DNA of 64,000 nucleotides from an uncultured Candidatus Saccharibacteria bacterium (GCA_964386905.1 CAYLUP010000002.1:64522-128521), one strand, 5' to 3'. Shown: positions 1-10,132, numbered from the stretch's first letter. The notes: generated from the letters alone by a model not told the origin. Numbers and translations: made by a program.

Positions 1-1
1 T

Positions 2-3000
2 ACGTATCGGTATAAACCATCAGCACCACAGCAGGCAGAGACGGTGCGGTATTACGGAGTCCAGGGGACGGCTAACCCTGGCACTGCATCGACAACACCT
101 ACTGCAACAACAGTGTCAATCGCAAACACTGGTGCTGAGGTGAAGAATGCATGGTATCGCATACAGACACCAGCGTCTCGCACATCAAATATGAGTGTGT
201 TTGCTGATATTGGAGGCACAACGAGTGTCGGGCAAACATATCAGTTTACTGCACTCGCGACACCAGTTCGTGCGGGGAGAATGTCTACGATTGTCCACGA
301 TTTGTCGTCGCAATCAGCCGCGATCCAACCGGGCACGTCTATTAGTTTTTCTTATAAGTTTTCTGCGACGGGGAATGCGCCCTCCGCTTCAGAACTTTTT
401 GTTACATTTGTTTGGGATGGAGATATTGGAAGCGCAAAAACAAAAACTGCAGTGTATGCTGCATCACAACCCAACGTTGGTCTTGCAACTGCAAACCTCT
501 ATTACAACAGAACGGTAAAAATTACTTTTCCAGAACACGGAGCAAAAACACTCCATTCTTCTTATCTTTCTACTATTCTTCACCGCTCAGATACAACCGT
601 AAGTGCATCGGGGGCTATCTATATGAATGTAACATCGAATGTTGGGATTGCTATTAATGATACGAGTAATTCTGGCCGATCAATTACTTCATATCTTCTT
701 GCCCCAATCTCCGAGGAGGCGCTGCTTGGTTCTGTTGGGTTTGCATCTGAAAAGCACAGTATTAGTATTTCGCAGCGCATATCTGTTGCCGATCGCGCGT
801 TGTTCTCAAATGAAATCATTGTCACATATACTGCTATGTCCGAGGTTTTTGGAAAAAAACCTGAGCGACAAGTGCGTACTGTGGAGTATGTGTTTGGGGG
901 AGGAACTTCTGTCTCAACATATGCATCGAATATTTTTTCTTACGTTGGTTCTGGGTGGACCTCGACATCAAAGCCAAGTGGTGCAGGAACACGAAGGGTG
1001 GTAAAAATTCCTGGGACAAACGTACGTGTTGTTCATGCATACGTTGATGTTGAGTTTCAGACAACCTCATCGGTAAATATTACGGGGATAGACCTCCTTG
1101 GGGATGTAACATTGCCTGCAAGTGCACGTTCGCTCACAGATATCCGCCTCGACCAGGCGCAGCCGCAGGCTATTTCATATACGACTGGTGGGCAGACTGC
1201 GCTTCGAAGACAGATCAAAGTGACGCCATTGCTTTCCCAGGCATCTCCTGCAGATCTTGCTATTGGAGTAGAAATGCTTTTTGGGCTTAATGTCGTCGGC
1301 CCTACTCGCGCACTCTCCTCTATGAAGTTGGTCGTTACGTATGAAAGTGAGCTCGACTTCAACGCTATTGGAGGTGTTGAGGAGATAAAAACAGTACGAT
1401 TTCCACTAAACTCAACTACCGGTACGCGTGGGACACAGGGCGCGGTGTGTAACGCTGCTTCCTGCACCTTCACTTATACTCCAATCATGCCAGATTTGGC
1501 ACAAGTGGCTGATATTGAATCTGTTCATTTTGAGGTGGTGTCTACGTTAGCCGCAAATACAAACAGTAATCTTGCAATGCAAATTGCTGGAGGCACATTG
1601 TCATCCGCCTTTCCATGGGCTGAAGGAACAACGAACATCACTAACATGCGTTTTTTGTGGTCTCCGCCCGTTGGGGGCTCAGACTTCAATGTCGGGGTAC
1701 AACAGACGCTTGATATACGGAGGGCCGCCGGAGCATTATATGGTGTTGGTGGTGAGGTTGTTGTAACGTATCGCTATAATGGATACGCTCCCGTGCAAAC
1801 AGAAACCATTTCATATGCATTGGGCCAGACAACTGCTGCAGCCCAGGTTGGGTCATTTGGGACAACGAATGTGGTGATCGCAAACAAAGATGTTGCCGCT
1901 CAGAATGTTTGGATCAAAGCACAGCATGCTATCTATGCTCCAGGAACGATTACATTGAATGCAACAGTTGGCGCCGGGGCACAACGTTCACAGGCGTATG
2001 CATACAACTTCACCGACACAACTCGTGCGACTGGTGTCGCAACAACATACCTTGATCTCTCTGTCACGGATGCGGCAAATGTGAGCAGTTCAACGAACGT
2101 GACTGCAGGGTACTCCTATGCTGCGGCAACGAATCTCCCAAGCAGTATCAATGCAGAGCTCTATGTGACCTTTACGTGGTCTGGTGCAAAAGGAGGTCCG
2201 ATGACTCGCACGGCCTTGTATTCTGCCGCGCAGCCAGGAGTGCACGCAATTGCAAACAGGGAGCGATATGCACATACACCCATAACTATTCCAAAGTATG
2301 TTTCAAGTACATTTCATGATGCACGCATGATGATGTACACCCTACACAGCGGTGCGGCAAGTGGTGGTACGACAATTACTCATGGCACACTCACGGGAAA
2401 GCTCAAGGGGACTATTTTGTCCTTTACAACAAACGGAGATAGGGAGGCGCATAATAACACCATGCTGATAAAAGCGACCCCGGATGCACTTTTTGGCACA
2501 TCAACGCCAGAAAGCGGAGGATACGAAATGTCGTATCGGCAACTCGCAAGTGTCGCACAGCGCTTTGCGATATCTGGTGTGATTGGATTAACATATACAG
2601 AACAGCACGAATACCAGCAACCTACATTCGTGCAGAAAGGATTTCGTTTATATGTCAATAACAATGCATTGTTACCAGATGACCCGTGGTCTCTTGGCGC
2701 TCCTGATTTGGCAGAGAATGCAGAAATGACACTTCTTTCGCGACCAGTACGAAAAGGTGAGTTCATTCGATTGCGTATGAATATGCAGATTGGAACAACG
2801 ACATTGAATGCATCAACGTATCGCTTTCGACTCCAATACGGAGAGAAGGTCACGAGTTGTTCTGCCGTATCACAGTGGACGAATGTCGATGGCCCCGCTG
2901 GGGCGTCGATATGGAGAGGGAAGAATAGTCCACCAACTGCTGGCGCAGTGCTTAGTACAAACCCACCAGGTTTAGGTGAGCTCATCCTTTCTGCATCAAA

Positions 3001-4240
3001 TAGGGCAGGAACGTATGAGGAAGGAGGTGTTTCTGCACTGAATCCTTATGATGTTGCTGTTGGTGAATATGTGGAATACGATTGGAATATTGAACATAAT
3101 GGAGCGACGAAAGATACTGCATATTGTTTTCGTATGATTGAAGACAACGGAGATACATTCCTCTCGTATGCATATTACCCTGTGGTTATTGCTGCACCAT
3201 ATACTCCAGAAACAACAGACTGGCGGTGGTATGATGATTTTGGTACGACTCCTCTTGCACTCAAGAATACCGCACCATCGAGTGTTGAAAATGGAGAAAT
3301 TGTGAAATTGCGTATTGGCGTTAAGGATGTTGCCAATGAATCAGATGTTAACCTGCGCTTTGCGGTGCAATGGAGCGTTGATCCAACATTTGGCCGCGGA
3401 TCGACATTCGTGACACCACAGGGTGAATGTACGCCATACAGTACTTTTTGTTATGCAGATGGGGTTGGGGCAGATGACGCATCCCTCCCATCGTCATTGC
3501 TCTCTGGGTTGACACTTGGACGTTATAACGAAGCTACAAGTACTTCGACATTTAGCCCGGGCGCATTGAGCCATATCGAAATGGAGTATGCAATTAAACC
3601 TGTTCGTCAGAGAACAGGACAAGTATATTTCTTCCGTCTCTTTGATACAAAGCGAAATATTCCTGTTGTCTATAATAGCGGATATAGCTACCCATCATTT
3701 GTTGCTGAAGGGGCGACGCTCGGTGTATCAGTATCTGGAGTTAACGCAGGCGTCTCCATCGCTGGGTATACGACCTCAGCAACAACGACAGCGACAGAAC
3801 TTCCGTTTGGACTCTTGGAATTTGATACTTCTGGCATTTTGGCACACCAATTGAATATCCGTTCTAACGCTGCAGAGGGATTTCGCGTTGGTGTACGGTC
3901 GACAGATGACTTGAGAAACTCACTCGGAGAAACGATGTCTGCAATTACGCATCCGAATATAACCCCGGGCGTGTGGGAAAGTGGATGTTTGGCCTCCTTT
4001 GCAGGGTGTTTTGGGTACCATACAACAGATTCGACGTTATTTGGTGACTCAAGTCGCTTCGCTCCAAATCTTTGGGCGGGGATGTCTTCCACAACAGCAG
4101 AGGAAATCGCATTTAATGATATCCCAAACAACACTGTAGGTGAAAATATTGATGTACTCTATCGCATTGAGCCACATACACATGCGCTCGCGGGTGAATA
4201 TACGACTGATTTAATCTATATTGTGACACCAGTGTACTAA
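2..4240 (+). CDS. Large secreted/surface repeat protein, 5'-partial. The frame is open back to the window start, and the tool start at 44 is an internal GTG.
   Basis: No stop in this frame from nt 2 to 4240, so the gene starts upstream of the window. The product is Thr/Ser/Gly/Ala/Val-rich. It has internal duplicated segments, for example ELFVTFVWDGDIGSAKTKTAVYAASQPNVG and ELYVTFTWSGAKGGPMTRTALYSAAQPGVH. The C-terminal ~180 aa (SGVNAG ... EYTTDLIYIVTPVY) is homologous to the C-terminus of the 7064..8224 product. Confidence 0.6.
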   Translation, partial: TYRYKPSAPQQAETVRYYGVQGTANPGTASTTPTATTVSIANTGAEVKNAWYRIQTPASRTSNMSVFADIGGTTSVGQTYQFTALATPVRAGRMSTIVHDLSSQSAAIQPGTSISFSYKFSATGNAPSASELFVTFVWDGDIGSAKTKTAVYAASQPNVGLATANLYYNRTVKITFPEHGAKTLHSSYLSTILHRSDTTVSASGAIYMNVTSNVGIAINDTSNSGRSITSYLLAPISEEALLGSVGFASEKHSISISQRISVADRALFSNEIIVTYTAMSEVFGKKPERQVRTVEYVFGGGTSVSTYASNIFSYVGSGWTSTSKPSGAGTRRVVKIPGTNVRVVHAYVDVEFQTTSSVNITGIDLLGDVTLPASARSLTDIRLDQAQPQAISYTTGGQTALRRQIKVTPLLSQASPADLAIGVEMLFGLNVVGPTRALSSMKLVVTYESELDFNAIGGVEEIKTVRFPLNSTTGTRGTQGAVCNAASCTFTYTPIMPDLAQVADIESVHFEVVSTLAANTNSNLAMQIAGGTLSSAFPWAEGTTNITNMRFLWSPPVGGSDFNVGVQQTLDIRRAAGALYGVGGEVVVTYRYNGYAPVQTETISYALGQTTAAAQVGSFGTTNVVIANKDVAAQNVWIKAQHAIYAPGTITLNATVGAGAQRSQAYAYNFTDTTRATGVATTYLDLSVTDAANVSSSTNVTAGYSYAAATNLPSSINAELYVTFTWSGAKGGPMTRTALYSAAQPGVHAIANRERYAHTPITIPKYVSSTFHDARMMMYTLHSGAASGGTTITHGTLTGKLKGTILSFTTNGDREAHNNTMLIKATPDALFGTSTPESGGYEMSYRQLASVAQRFAISGVIGLTYTEQHEYQQPTFVQKGFRLYVNNNALLPDDPWSLGAPDLAENAEMTLLSRPVRKGEFIRLRMNMQIGTTTLNASTYRFRLQYGEKVTSCSAVSQWTNVDGPAGASIWRGKNSPPTAGAVLSTNPPGLGELILSASNRAGTYEEGGVSALNPYDVAVGEYVEYDWNIEHNGATKDTAYCFRMIEDNGDTFLSYAYYPVVIAAPYTPETTDWRWYDDFGTTPLALKNTAPSSVENGEIVKLRIGVKDVANESDVNLRFAVQWSVDPTFGRGSTFVTPQGECTPYSTFCYADGVGADDASLPSSLLSGLTLGRYNEATSTSTFSPGALSHIEMEYAIKPVRQRTGQVYFFRLFDTKRNIPVVYNSGYSYPSFVAEGATLGVSVSGVNAGVSIAGYTTSATTTATELPFGLLEFDTSGILAHQLNIRSNAAEGFRVGVRSTDDLRNSLGETMSAITHPNITPGVWESGCLASFAGCFGYHTTDSTLFGDSSRFAPNLWAGMSSTTAEEIAFNDIPNNTVGENIDVLYRIEPHTHALAGEYTTDLIYIVTPVY

Positions 4241-4245
4241 AAACT

Positions 4246-4267
4246 CTCCCAGAAGGGAGGGTTTTTA
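4246..4267 (+). terminator. Rho-independent terminator: ctccc-agaa-gggag followed by a T-run.
   Basis: Perfect 5-bp stem, 4-nt loop and ggttttt run 6 nt after the TAA of the upstream CDS. Confidence 0.55.
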
Positions 4268-4480
4268 GTTGGTGGGAGATGGGATAAGGGGTAGAGGGTA
4301 TGGGATAAGAAGAGGAGCGTATTTATATTTTGTTTAACACAGCGTGCTAATTGCGCCCATTGGAACGTTCTTTTTCACAGAGAACATTACCCATCAGCCA
4401 TACCCACTACCCCATACCCTGCACTCTCGTGAGGTCTGTGGAAAAGTGGCGAAGAATAAGCATTATTTGGTGTATACTGA

Positions 4481-5656
4481 ATGGAGGTGAAGTATCCAAA
4501 AACTCTCAACAAGTTGCCGATCACTTTCATGTCTCTGGGTGTATTCCTACTCCCATTTTTTGCATATGCGGCCCCATTTTCTCTTTCTCCGAAGGTCATA
4601 GATATTAAAGGTCGCGTTCGTGAGATTAGTCACCATGGTATTACCGTCAAAAATAACACTGAGGCATTGAGGAATATTTTTGTATGGGTTGTGGATGTTG
4701 ATCAAGCAAAAGGAGATTTATCCGATAAGGACATGAGTGGAGCAAATCAAAATGATGTTGTTACAAGCCCTGCCCGATGGATTGACATTCCTCGATCCAA
4801 TGAAGTGCTGCCAAAAGAAGAACAGACTATCCCTCTGCAGATTCAGATTCCCGGACAAGCAAAGCCAGGCATCTATCACGTCTCAGTGAAGTTTGCATCA
4901 GGTGAAACTCAATCTGCTGCGATGAAATGCAAGGAATGCACAGAAGAAGTTTCTCTGAATATTGAGGTCACTGAGGACATTCGTGAAAAACTTCAGTTGT
5001 ATGCATTCACGACTGCAAAAGATGTCTTCCTCAATCCAAAAGCAGATTTTACGTTTTCTGTTGAGAACACTGGAAATAAAGCCGTTGTGCCGAATGGAAA
5101 AATTCGTATTTTTAATAACATCGGAAAAGAAGTTGGTTTGATTGACGTGAATGGGGAAGGGAAACAAATTGACCCGAAGTCAAAAGAGCTTCTTGCTGCA
5201 ACATGGGCCGCGGGTGGAAAGTTTGGAAAGTATAAGGCTATGCTCGACGTGAGTTATGGACAACGGGGGACAATGCAGGATGTGGTCTACTTTTGGGTGA
5301 TTCCGTGGACGAAGCTGTTTGGCTTTATGTTCACATTGCTCTTAGGCGGAATTATCATCATGCTTTTCATTCGCACACGGACCCTGGCTCAGCCTGCATA
5401 TGCAAGGTCTTATAGTGAACCTACGCCGACAGAGAAAAATGACGAGCTTGTAATGACGCCTCGTCTGGAGAAAAAAACGGCATTTGAGAAAAAGCCTGTT
5501 CGTCTAGATGATGTCCTACTGCAATCAAAAACGCGTACACTAACGGAGGTGAATCTCCCTCCTCGAACACGAACTGTACCGCCCCAGGATTTCTCTGTAG
5601 CCCTAGAGACAAAAAAGGCAACGCCGACTGAATATCATATTGTGCGATTAAAATAG
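4481..5656 (+). CDS. Single-pass surface protein with the DUF916-like architecture: N-terminal signal/TM, beta-rich ectodomains, a C-terminal TM and a basic cytoplasmic tail.
   Basis: N-terminal hydrophobic segment LGVFLLPFFAYAAPFSLSP. A second hydrophobic helix FGFMFTLLLGGIIIMLFI lies near residue 290, followed by a K/R-rich tail. The domain pattern FS(L/V)xP ... W(I/V) ... IP ... G(I/D)Y is shared with the 5658..6788 and 22137..23207 products. Confidence 0.5.
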   Translation: MEVKYPKTLNKLPITFMSLGVFLLPFFAYAAPFSLSPKVIDIKGRVREISHHGITVKNNTEALRNIFVWVVDVDQAKGDLSDKDMSGANQNDVVTSPARWIDIPRSNEVLPKEEQTIPLQIQIPGQAKPGIYHVSVKFASGETQSAAMKCKECTEEVSLNIEVTEDIREKLQLYAFTTAKDVFLNPKADFTFSVENTGNKAVVPNGKIRIFNNIGKEVGLIDVNGEGKQIDPKSKELLAATWAAGGKFGKYKAMLDVSYGQRGTMQDVVYFWVIPWTKLFGFMFTLLLGGIIIMLFIRTRTLAQPAYARSYSEPTPTEKNDELVMTPRLEKKTAFEKKPVRLDDVLLQSKTRTLTEVNLPPRTRTVPPQDFSVALETKKATPTEYHIVRLK

Positions 5657-5657
5657 A

Positions 5658-6788
5658 ATGATGTATCGTCTTTCTCTTCAATACTCAATACTCTATACGA
5701 CCATAATGAGTCTCATTATGGTCGTTCTCCTATATCCCACCTTCGGGGAAGCATCTCTTGGTTCAGGTTTCTCTGTTGAGCCTGCGGTTATACACGTATC
5801 TGTTGCGGAAGATACACTTTTTTCTTCAGCGTTTACACTCAAGAACCTGGAAGCACAGCCCGTCTCAGTATCCATTCGTGTTGCAGATTTTGAGCCACTC
5901 GACTCTGGGGTAGGGGTTCGAGAGTTTGATCATCGTGTCGGGCCCGATGACCCTCTTTTTGCATCTTCTTGGGTTGCTTATCCAAAAGAGACGCTCACTC
6001 TTGCTCCAAAAAAGAAACTTTCCGTCCCATTTTCTATCCGCGTACCGAAAGACGCTGTTCCTGGTGGTAAATCAATTACATTTGTCGTAGAGACTATTGG
6101 GGGGAATGTGCATTCTCGTATGTATGTCCTATGCTTTTTGAATATTCCGGGGGATGCGCGCGAGCTCCTCACTATTGAAGATCTGTCATTTGGGTCACCA
6201 GTATACAATGCACCTCACGGACGCGTGTCTATCCAACTAAAAAATGATGGTGACACGCATATCCGTCCAGAGGGTGTTGTTGTTATTCGAAATATGTTTG
6301 GTGTTGAACGAGGGAGATACATGCTTTCCCATACCGATGCTGTTGGCACATTGGTTCCTGGGGCAAGGCGGACGATAGAGTATCTTTGGGTGGGAGATTC
6401 TGGCCTCTTTGACTTTGGACTATGGAATGCGCGGTTGACACTCACCTATGGAAATGGAAATACCCATGAAGTTTCTGCGCGAGCTTTCATGCTCTTGTTC
6501 CCCGTTCTACCCATGGCGCTCTTTGTGCTCACCATGGGTTCGTCACTTTTCATTGTCATGCGTTCTGTGCACACACTAAAACGAGAGCTTCGTCAATACA
6601 CGCATATCCCTTTTTCGGAACATGAGCATAGCATCATAGAACGACAGGCGAGTATGCGTCTTCTTGTCGTCCCGCTCCTCGCAGGCATCACATTGATTCT
6701 GATTATTGGTTTTACTCTCATTTCGTTTCTGGGAAATCAAGACGCAGGGAAGCTGGAGCGTGTACAAAAAATATACACGAGAGAATAA
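5658..6788 (+). CDS. Membrane-anchored two-domain surface protein, paralogous to 4481..5656 and 22137..23207, with DUF916+DUF3324-like architecture.
   Basis: Signal-like segment MSLIMVVLLYPTFGEA, so an alternative start at about 5706 is possible. Features: the GFSVEP motif, two beta-rich domains, C-terminal TM helices (LFPVLPMALFVLTMGSSLFIV, then LLVVPLLAGITLILIIGFTLISFL). It is only 1 nt downstream of the previous CDS, so they are likely co-transcribed. Confidence 0.5.
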   Translation: MMYRLSLQYSILYTTIMSLIMVVLLYPTFGEASLGSGFSVEPAVIHVSVAEDTLFSSAFTLKNLEAQPVSVSIRVADFEPLDSGVGVREFDHRVGPDDPLFASSWVAYPKETLTLAPKKKLSVPFSIRVPKDAVPGGKSITFVVETIGGNVHSRMYVLCFLNIPGDARELLTIEDLSFGSPVYNAPHGRVSIQLKNDGDTHIRPEGVVVIRNMFGVERGRYMLSHTDAVGTLVPGARRTIEYLWVGDSGLFDFGLWNARLTLTYGNGNTHEVSARAFMLLFPVLPMALFVLTMGSSLFIVMRSVHTLKRELRQYTHIPFSEHEHSIIERQASMRLLVVPLLAGITLILIIGFTLISFLGNQDAGKLERVQKIYTRE

Positions 6789-6790
6789 AA

Positions 6791-6812
6791 GACCCAGAGA
6801 GGTCTTTTTTGT
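6791..6812 (+). terminator. Rho-independent terminator: agacc-cagaga-ggtct followed by tttttt.
   Basis: Hairpin immediately after the TAA at 6786-6788, followed by a T6 run. Confidence 0.55.
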
Positions 6813-7063
6813 TGAGTTATACACAGAGAAGTGTTGGTTGTCCACAGGATATCCATGATGTTGTACACATATATAGTATAATAAACACAGGAGGAGTTCC
6901 TCCGTCGGGTGATTCGCGTCGTCCGAGGCAAATAAGTTTTGCGGGTTTTCCATTTTCCATAGCGCACTTGCGTTATGTCACAAGGCAACTTGTGCCCCCA
7001 CACTTATAGGCCGGGTGTCTCTCCCACAGAGCCACCCCAATTCTGCTTTGCAGAAAAGAAAAC

Positions 7064-8224
7064 ATGAATTATACAAAAGCATTTGCTTATTTGCGTGATC
7101 AAAAAGCATTTACTGCATTTTTGACTACTCTCGTTGTTATTGGTTCTTTTTCAGTTGTATTTGCAGCAAAGACTGCACGTGCAGACATCTTTGCATTCGA
7201 TAATGCAAGCGACAAGCTTTCAGATGCGAGCACAGGATCAACTGCAACTCACCTTGTGAGCTTCAGTCCTGGTGCAGAAAACGGTGGTATTCCTATGGGA
7301 AATGGCGGAAGTGCCCTTCCTATTGTTATGACGTTTACCGGCTTCACAGCACCAGTTGCAGTTGTTGATACAGATATTTCTATTACTGGCGCAACATACA
7401 TTAATACTGGTGCATGTGATGCTGGCGCAGCTGACCAAATTCGTTTCGTGGGCGCAACTAGTGGATTAAATCCTGCTGTGTCGCTCGAGCTCTGTGATGG
7501 TGATACTATTGCAACTACCGAAACAGTGGCAATCACTATCGGTAATGCAAAATTAGTAAACCCAGGAGCAATCGGTTCGTATAATGTAAACATTAGCGCA
7601 GTTGGTGCTACTGATACATTTGAATCAGACATCCTTGTTGCTATCGTTGATAAGGTTCGTGTTCGTGCAGCAGTTGATCCAATCTTTGCGTTTACTGTTT
7701 CTGGCGTGAATGCTGGAACAGCAATTCCATCTGTTGGAAATACTGGTGTAACAACAACTCCTTCAACAATTGACTTTGGTACACTTGCTTCAGGGACTCC
7801 AGTGCTTGCAGCACAAACACTCCAGGTGCGCACCAATGCAAACCAGGGATACAATGTTTATGCTCGCACAGACTCTGAATTCCAGTCAGCAAACGGTGCT
7901 ATTATTGATGGTTTTGCACTTGGAACACCAGCCCCATCTGCATGGGAAAGGCCAGCGGCTTTAATTGGTGATGATCGAACATGGGGACATTTTGGTCTTT
8001 CAAGCACAGACCTTTCTGCAACAGCATTTACTGTAGCAAACACCTGGGTAGGTAATTTTATTGATAACCCAGATGGCGTAAGCATCATGTCTGGCGCACG
8101 TCCTGTTGATGCTGCAAATCAGGGAACAGCTTCAGTTCTTTATCAGACTGAAATCACTGATCTCCAGGAAGCAGCAACTGACTATAAGACTGATATCATC
8201 TACGTAGCTACCCCTACGTTCTAA
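7064..8224 (+). CDS. Secreted surface protein, a small paralog of the C-terminal region of the 2..4240 product.
   Basis: N-terminal signal peptide FLTTLVVIGSFSVVFAAKTARA. The shared SGVNAG motif and the tail ATDYKTDIIYVATPTF are both present in 2..4240, which ends ...GEYTTDLIYIVTPVY. Confidence 0.55.
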   Translation: MNYTKAFAYLRDQKAFTAFLTTLVVIGSFSVVFAAKTARADIFAFDNASDKLSDASTGSTATHLVSFSPGAENGGIPMGNGGSALPIVMTFTGFTAPVAVVDTDISITGATYINTGACDAGAADQIRFVGATSGLNPAVSLELCDGDTIATTETVAITIGNAKLVNPGAIGSYNVNISAVGATDTFESDILVAIVDKVRVRAAVDPIFAFTVSGVNAGTAIPSVGNTGVTTTPSTIDFGTLASGTPVLAAQTLQVRTNANQGYNVYARTDSEFQSANGAIIDGFALGTPAPSAWERPAALIGDDRTWGHFGLSSTDLSATAFTVANTWVGNFIDNPDGVSIMSGARPVDAANQGTASVLYQTEITDLQEAATDYKTDIIYVATPTF

Positions 8225-8242
8225 GACAAAATAAGCAAGAAA

Positions 8243-8269
8243 ACCACCTCCGCGAAGGGGTGGTTTTTG
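8243..8269 (+). terminator. Rho-independent terminator: accacc...ggtggt followed by ttttt.
   Basis: 6-bp GC-rich stem and T-run 19 nt after the stop of 7064..8224. Confidence 0.55.
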
Positions 8270-8304
8270 CATGCAAAAAGTTTCATTTATGTTACTCTTG
8301 GTAT

Positions 8305-9321
8305 ATGCAAGAAGCAAGACAATTTGCGGAAAGATTTAGGCAGTGGAAACAGCAGGTGGCGGAAAAACTCCATGAGTCTATGTCAGAAAGGGGATTACCG
8401 TTTCAATTCGCCCCTCATTTTTCAGGTGTCGCCTCCTATGAACTTCTTCATGCCGACAAGAGCGTCGAAGTCTATACGTTGCAAGAAGTTTTAGGTACAG
8501 AAGGGGTGGGGGACGTATGTATGAATCTTCTTGAAAGCGCGTTTTTTCCAACCCCACGAAATGCATTTGAACAAGAATCACATCGTCAGCTTGGTTCAGG
8601 AATAATCGTGTATGTACAACCATCTCTCGATGAACAAGGGAATTTATTGGAACAACACCTGAAGCTGGAAACGCAACTTCCTGAAAAGAGTTCATCAGAT
8701 ATGTTTATTGTCATAGTGAAATCCGGAGCAAAATTTGCTTTGGAACATCAATATGCAGGGGGAACATTGCAATCACTTCTTTCGAGAACGTGTATCATCG
8801 TTCTTGAGGAAGGTGCGTATGTGCGATATATTGCGCGTGTTGAACCCCATGCTGGTTCAATCGTTGAACGTGAGGTGCACTGCGTTTCTCATACTTCACA
8901 CGAACTCGTTGGGCGCATTCTTTCACCCAGTGATACCTATGGGTTATGGAGTCTTGTTCACCTTCTCGGCGATGGAGCACATGGAACTGTTGAAACCGTA
9001 TGTCTTTCAAAGCCTGATACGCGTATTGATATAGGGCAGTATGTCCGCACGCTTGTCCCTGAAGCACACGAGTCGATACGAACATATATTGCAGGAAATG
9101 AGGGGGCGGACATTCATTACGCAAGTTCCATTGATGGTCATTCGGATAATAAAGATAGTACCGATGAATTGTGGATTGAAGAACAGAAGGGGAAAGTAGA
9201 ACGAGATGAGTCAAAAAGCCATATTCTTCGCCACGAAACACCTGTAGGCACGCATGCCCACGAGAACATTTCTGATGCATTCAGCCTTTCTGAAACACAA
9301 ACACGAATGCGAAAACAATAA
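8305..9321 (+). CDS. Hypothetical protein with no confident family assignment.
   Basis: The tool ORF starts at 8260 inside the upstream terminator, so the first ATG clear of the hairpin (8305, MQEARQ...) is the preferred start. The product has a protein-like composition. The acidic C-terminal half contains GNEGADIHYASSIDGH. Confidence 0.4.
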   Translation: MQEARQFAERFRQWKQQVAEKLHESMSERGLPFQFAPHFSGVASYELLHADKSVEVYTLQEVLGTEGVGDVCMNLLESAFFPTPRNAFEQESHRQLGSGIIVYVQPSLDEQGNLLEQHLKLETQLPEKSSSDMFIVIVKSGAKFALEHQYAGGTLQSLLSRTCIIVLEEGAYVRYIARVEPHAGSIVEREVHCVSHTSHELVGRILSPSDTYGLWSLVHLLGDGAHGTVETVCLSKPDTRIDIGQYVRTLVPEAHESIRTYIAGNEGADIHYASSIDGHSDNKDSTDELWIEEQKGKVERDESKSHILRHETPVGTHAHENISDAFSLSETQTRMRKQ

Positions 9322-9346
9322 AAAACACCTTTTGGTGTTTTTTTTA
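9322..9346. terminator. Bidirectional terminator: A-run, acacc-tttt-ggtgt, T-run.
   Basis: A symmetric hairpin flanked by an A-run and a T-run lies between the convergent genes 8305..9321 (+) and 9344..10126 (-). Confidence 0.55.
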
Positions 9347-10126
9347 TTGCTGTGACAATTGGGTGATTGCAGCACGAAATGCATCGATGGGCTGTGCACC
9401 GTTGACTGGGCGTTGACGTCCCGTCTTCACATTATAGAGAATATTGTGCGGTGTACCCTGAACGCCTGCCATGTCTCCATTTGCTTTGTCTGCTTGAATA
9501 CGCACAGCCATTTCTCCAGAGTCAAGACATGCGCCGAGTTTTTGCTTGTCGAGACCAACCATGTCAGCAATTCGGTCAAGGTCTTCGCGTTTGAGAGAGT
9601 TGTTTCCTTCTGTGATTTCAAACAACTTGTCTGTATACTTCCAGAACATTTCTTCACCCCCAATTTTTGCAGCACACTCAGTTGCTTCTGCCTCCTTTTC
9701 TGCATAGGTGTGGAATGGAAGTGCCCAGTGGCGGTAGACGATAGCAATCTTATCGCCGAATTCGCTTGCGATTTGCTTGATTGTTGTGTGATGTCGTTTA
9801 CAGAATGGACATTCGAGGTCAGACCATACAATCATTACAAGATCAGCATCAGGATTTCCTATGATGTGGTCCTCATCCCGAATTTGAAGATCTGGACTTA
9901 CTACTCCTGCAGTAGGGGATGCATTTTGTGTGCGTTTTGGGGTACCGTTGCTAGTACGACCAGTAAGGAGGATCGCTCCTGCAATAATGAGCCCCGCAAT
10001 AATTATGGAAACGGGAATCGCATATTGTTGTATATGTTTTGTTGTCATATTGTGTGTAAGTTTACCACTATGGTCGTAGTCGACGACAACGTCTTGTGTT
10101 TCAGTGCATGTGTCTTCGTGTTGCAT
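9344..10126 (-). CDS. Membrane-anchored DsbA-like thiol:disulfide oxidoreductase (thioredoxin fold, CPFC active site).
   Basis: CxxC motif LECPFCKRHH in a thioredoxin-like context. The N-terminal TM segment IPVSIIIAGLIIAGAILL lies after the M at 10126. The 5' extension in the tool ORF (start 10294) is Pro/Leu-rich low complexity, and the internal ATG at 10126 has a TGnTATAAT element 12 nt upstream. Confidence 0.55.
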   Translation of the reverse strand: MQHEDTCTETQDVVVDYDHSGKLTHNMTTKHIQQYAIPVSIIIAGLIIAGAILLTGRTSNGTPKRTQNASPTAGVVSPDLQIRDEDHIIGNPDADLVMIVWSDLECPFCKRHHTTIKQIASEFGDKIAIVYRHWALPFHTYAEKEAEATECAAKIGGEEMFWKYTDKLFEITEGNNSLKREDLDRIADMVGLDKQKLGACLDSGEMAVRIQADKANGDMAGVQGTPHNILYNVKTGRQRPVNGAQPIDAFRAAITQLSQQ

Positions 10127-10132
10127 AGTGAG

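Noticed and set aside
195-4134. Nested ORFs overlapping the first large CDS (195..518, 412..657, 1057..1473(-), 2380..2985(-), 3688..4134(-) and others).
   Set aside because: Overlap shadows of the 2..4240 gene, with no motifs and biased composition.
2-8224. Calling the shared C-terminal domain of 2..4240 and 7064..8224 a bona fide WxL domain.
   Set aside because: No clear W-x-L motif pair is visible (only LWAGM / TWVGN). It is reported only as an analogy based on gene neighbourhood.
8260-9321. SufB/SufD-like assignment for the 8305..9321 product (based on a GNEGADIHYASSIDGH-like stretch).
   Set aside because: Only a short, weak resemblance, and no surrounding suf genes. It is left as hypothetical.
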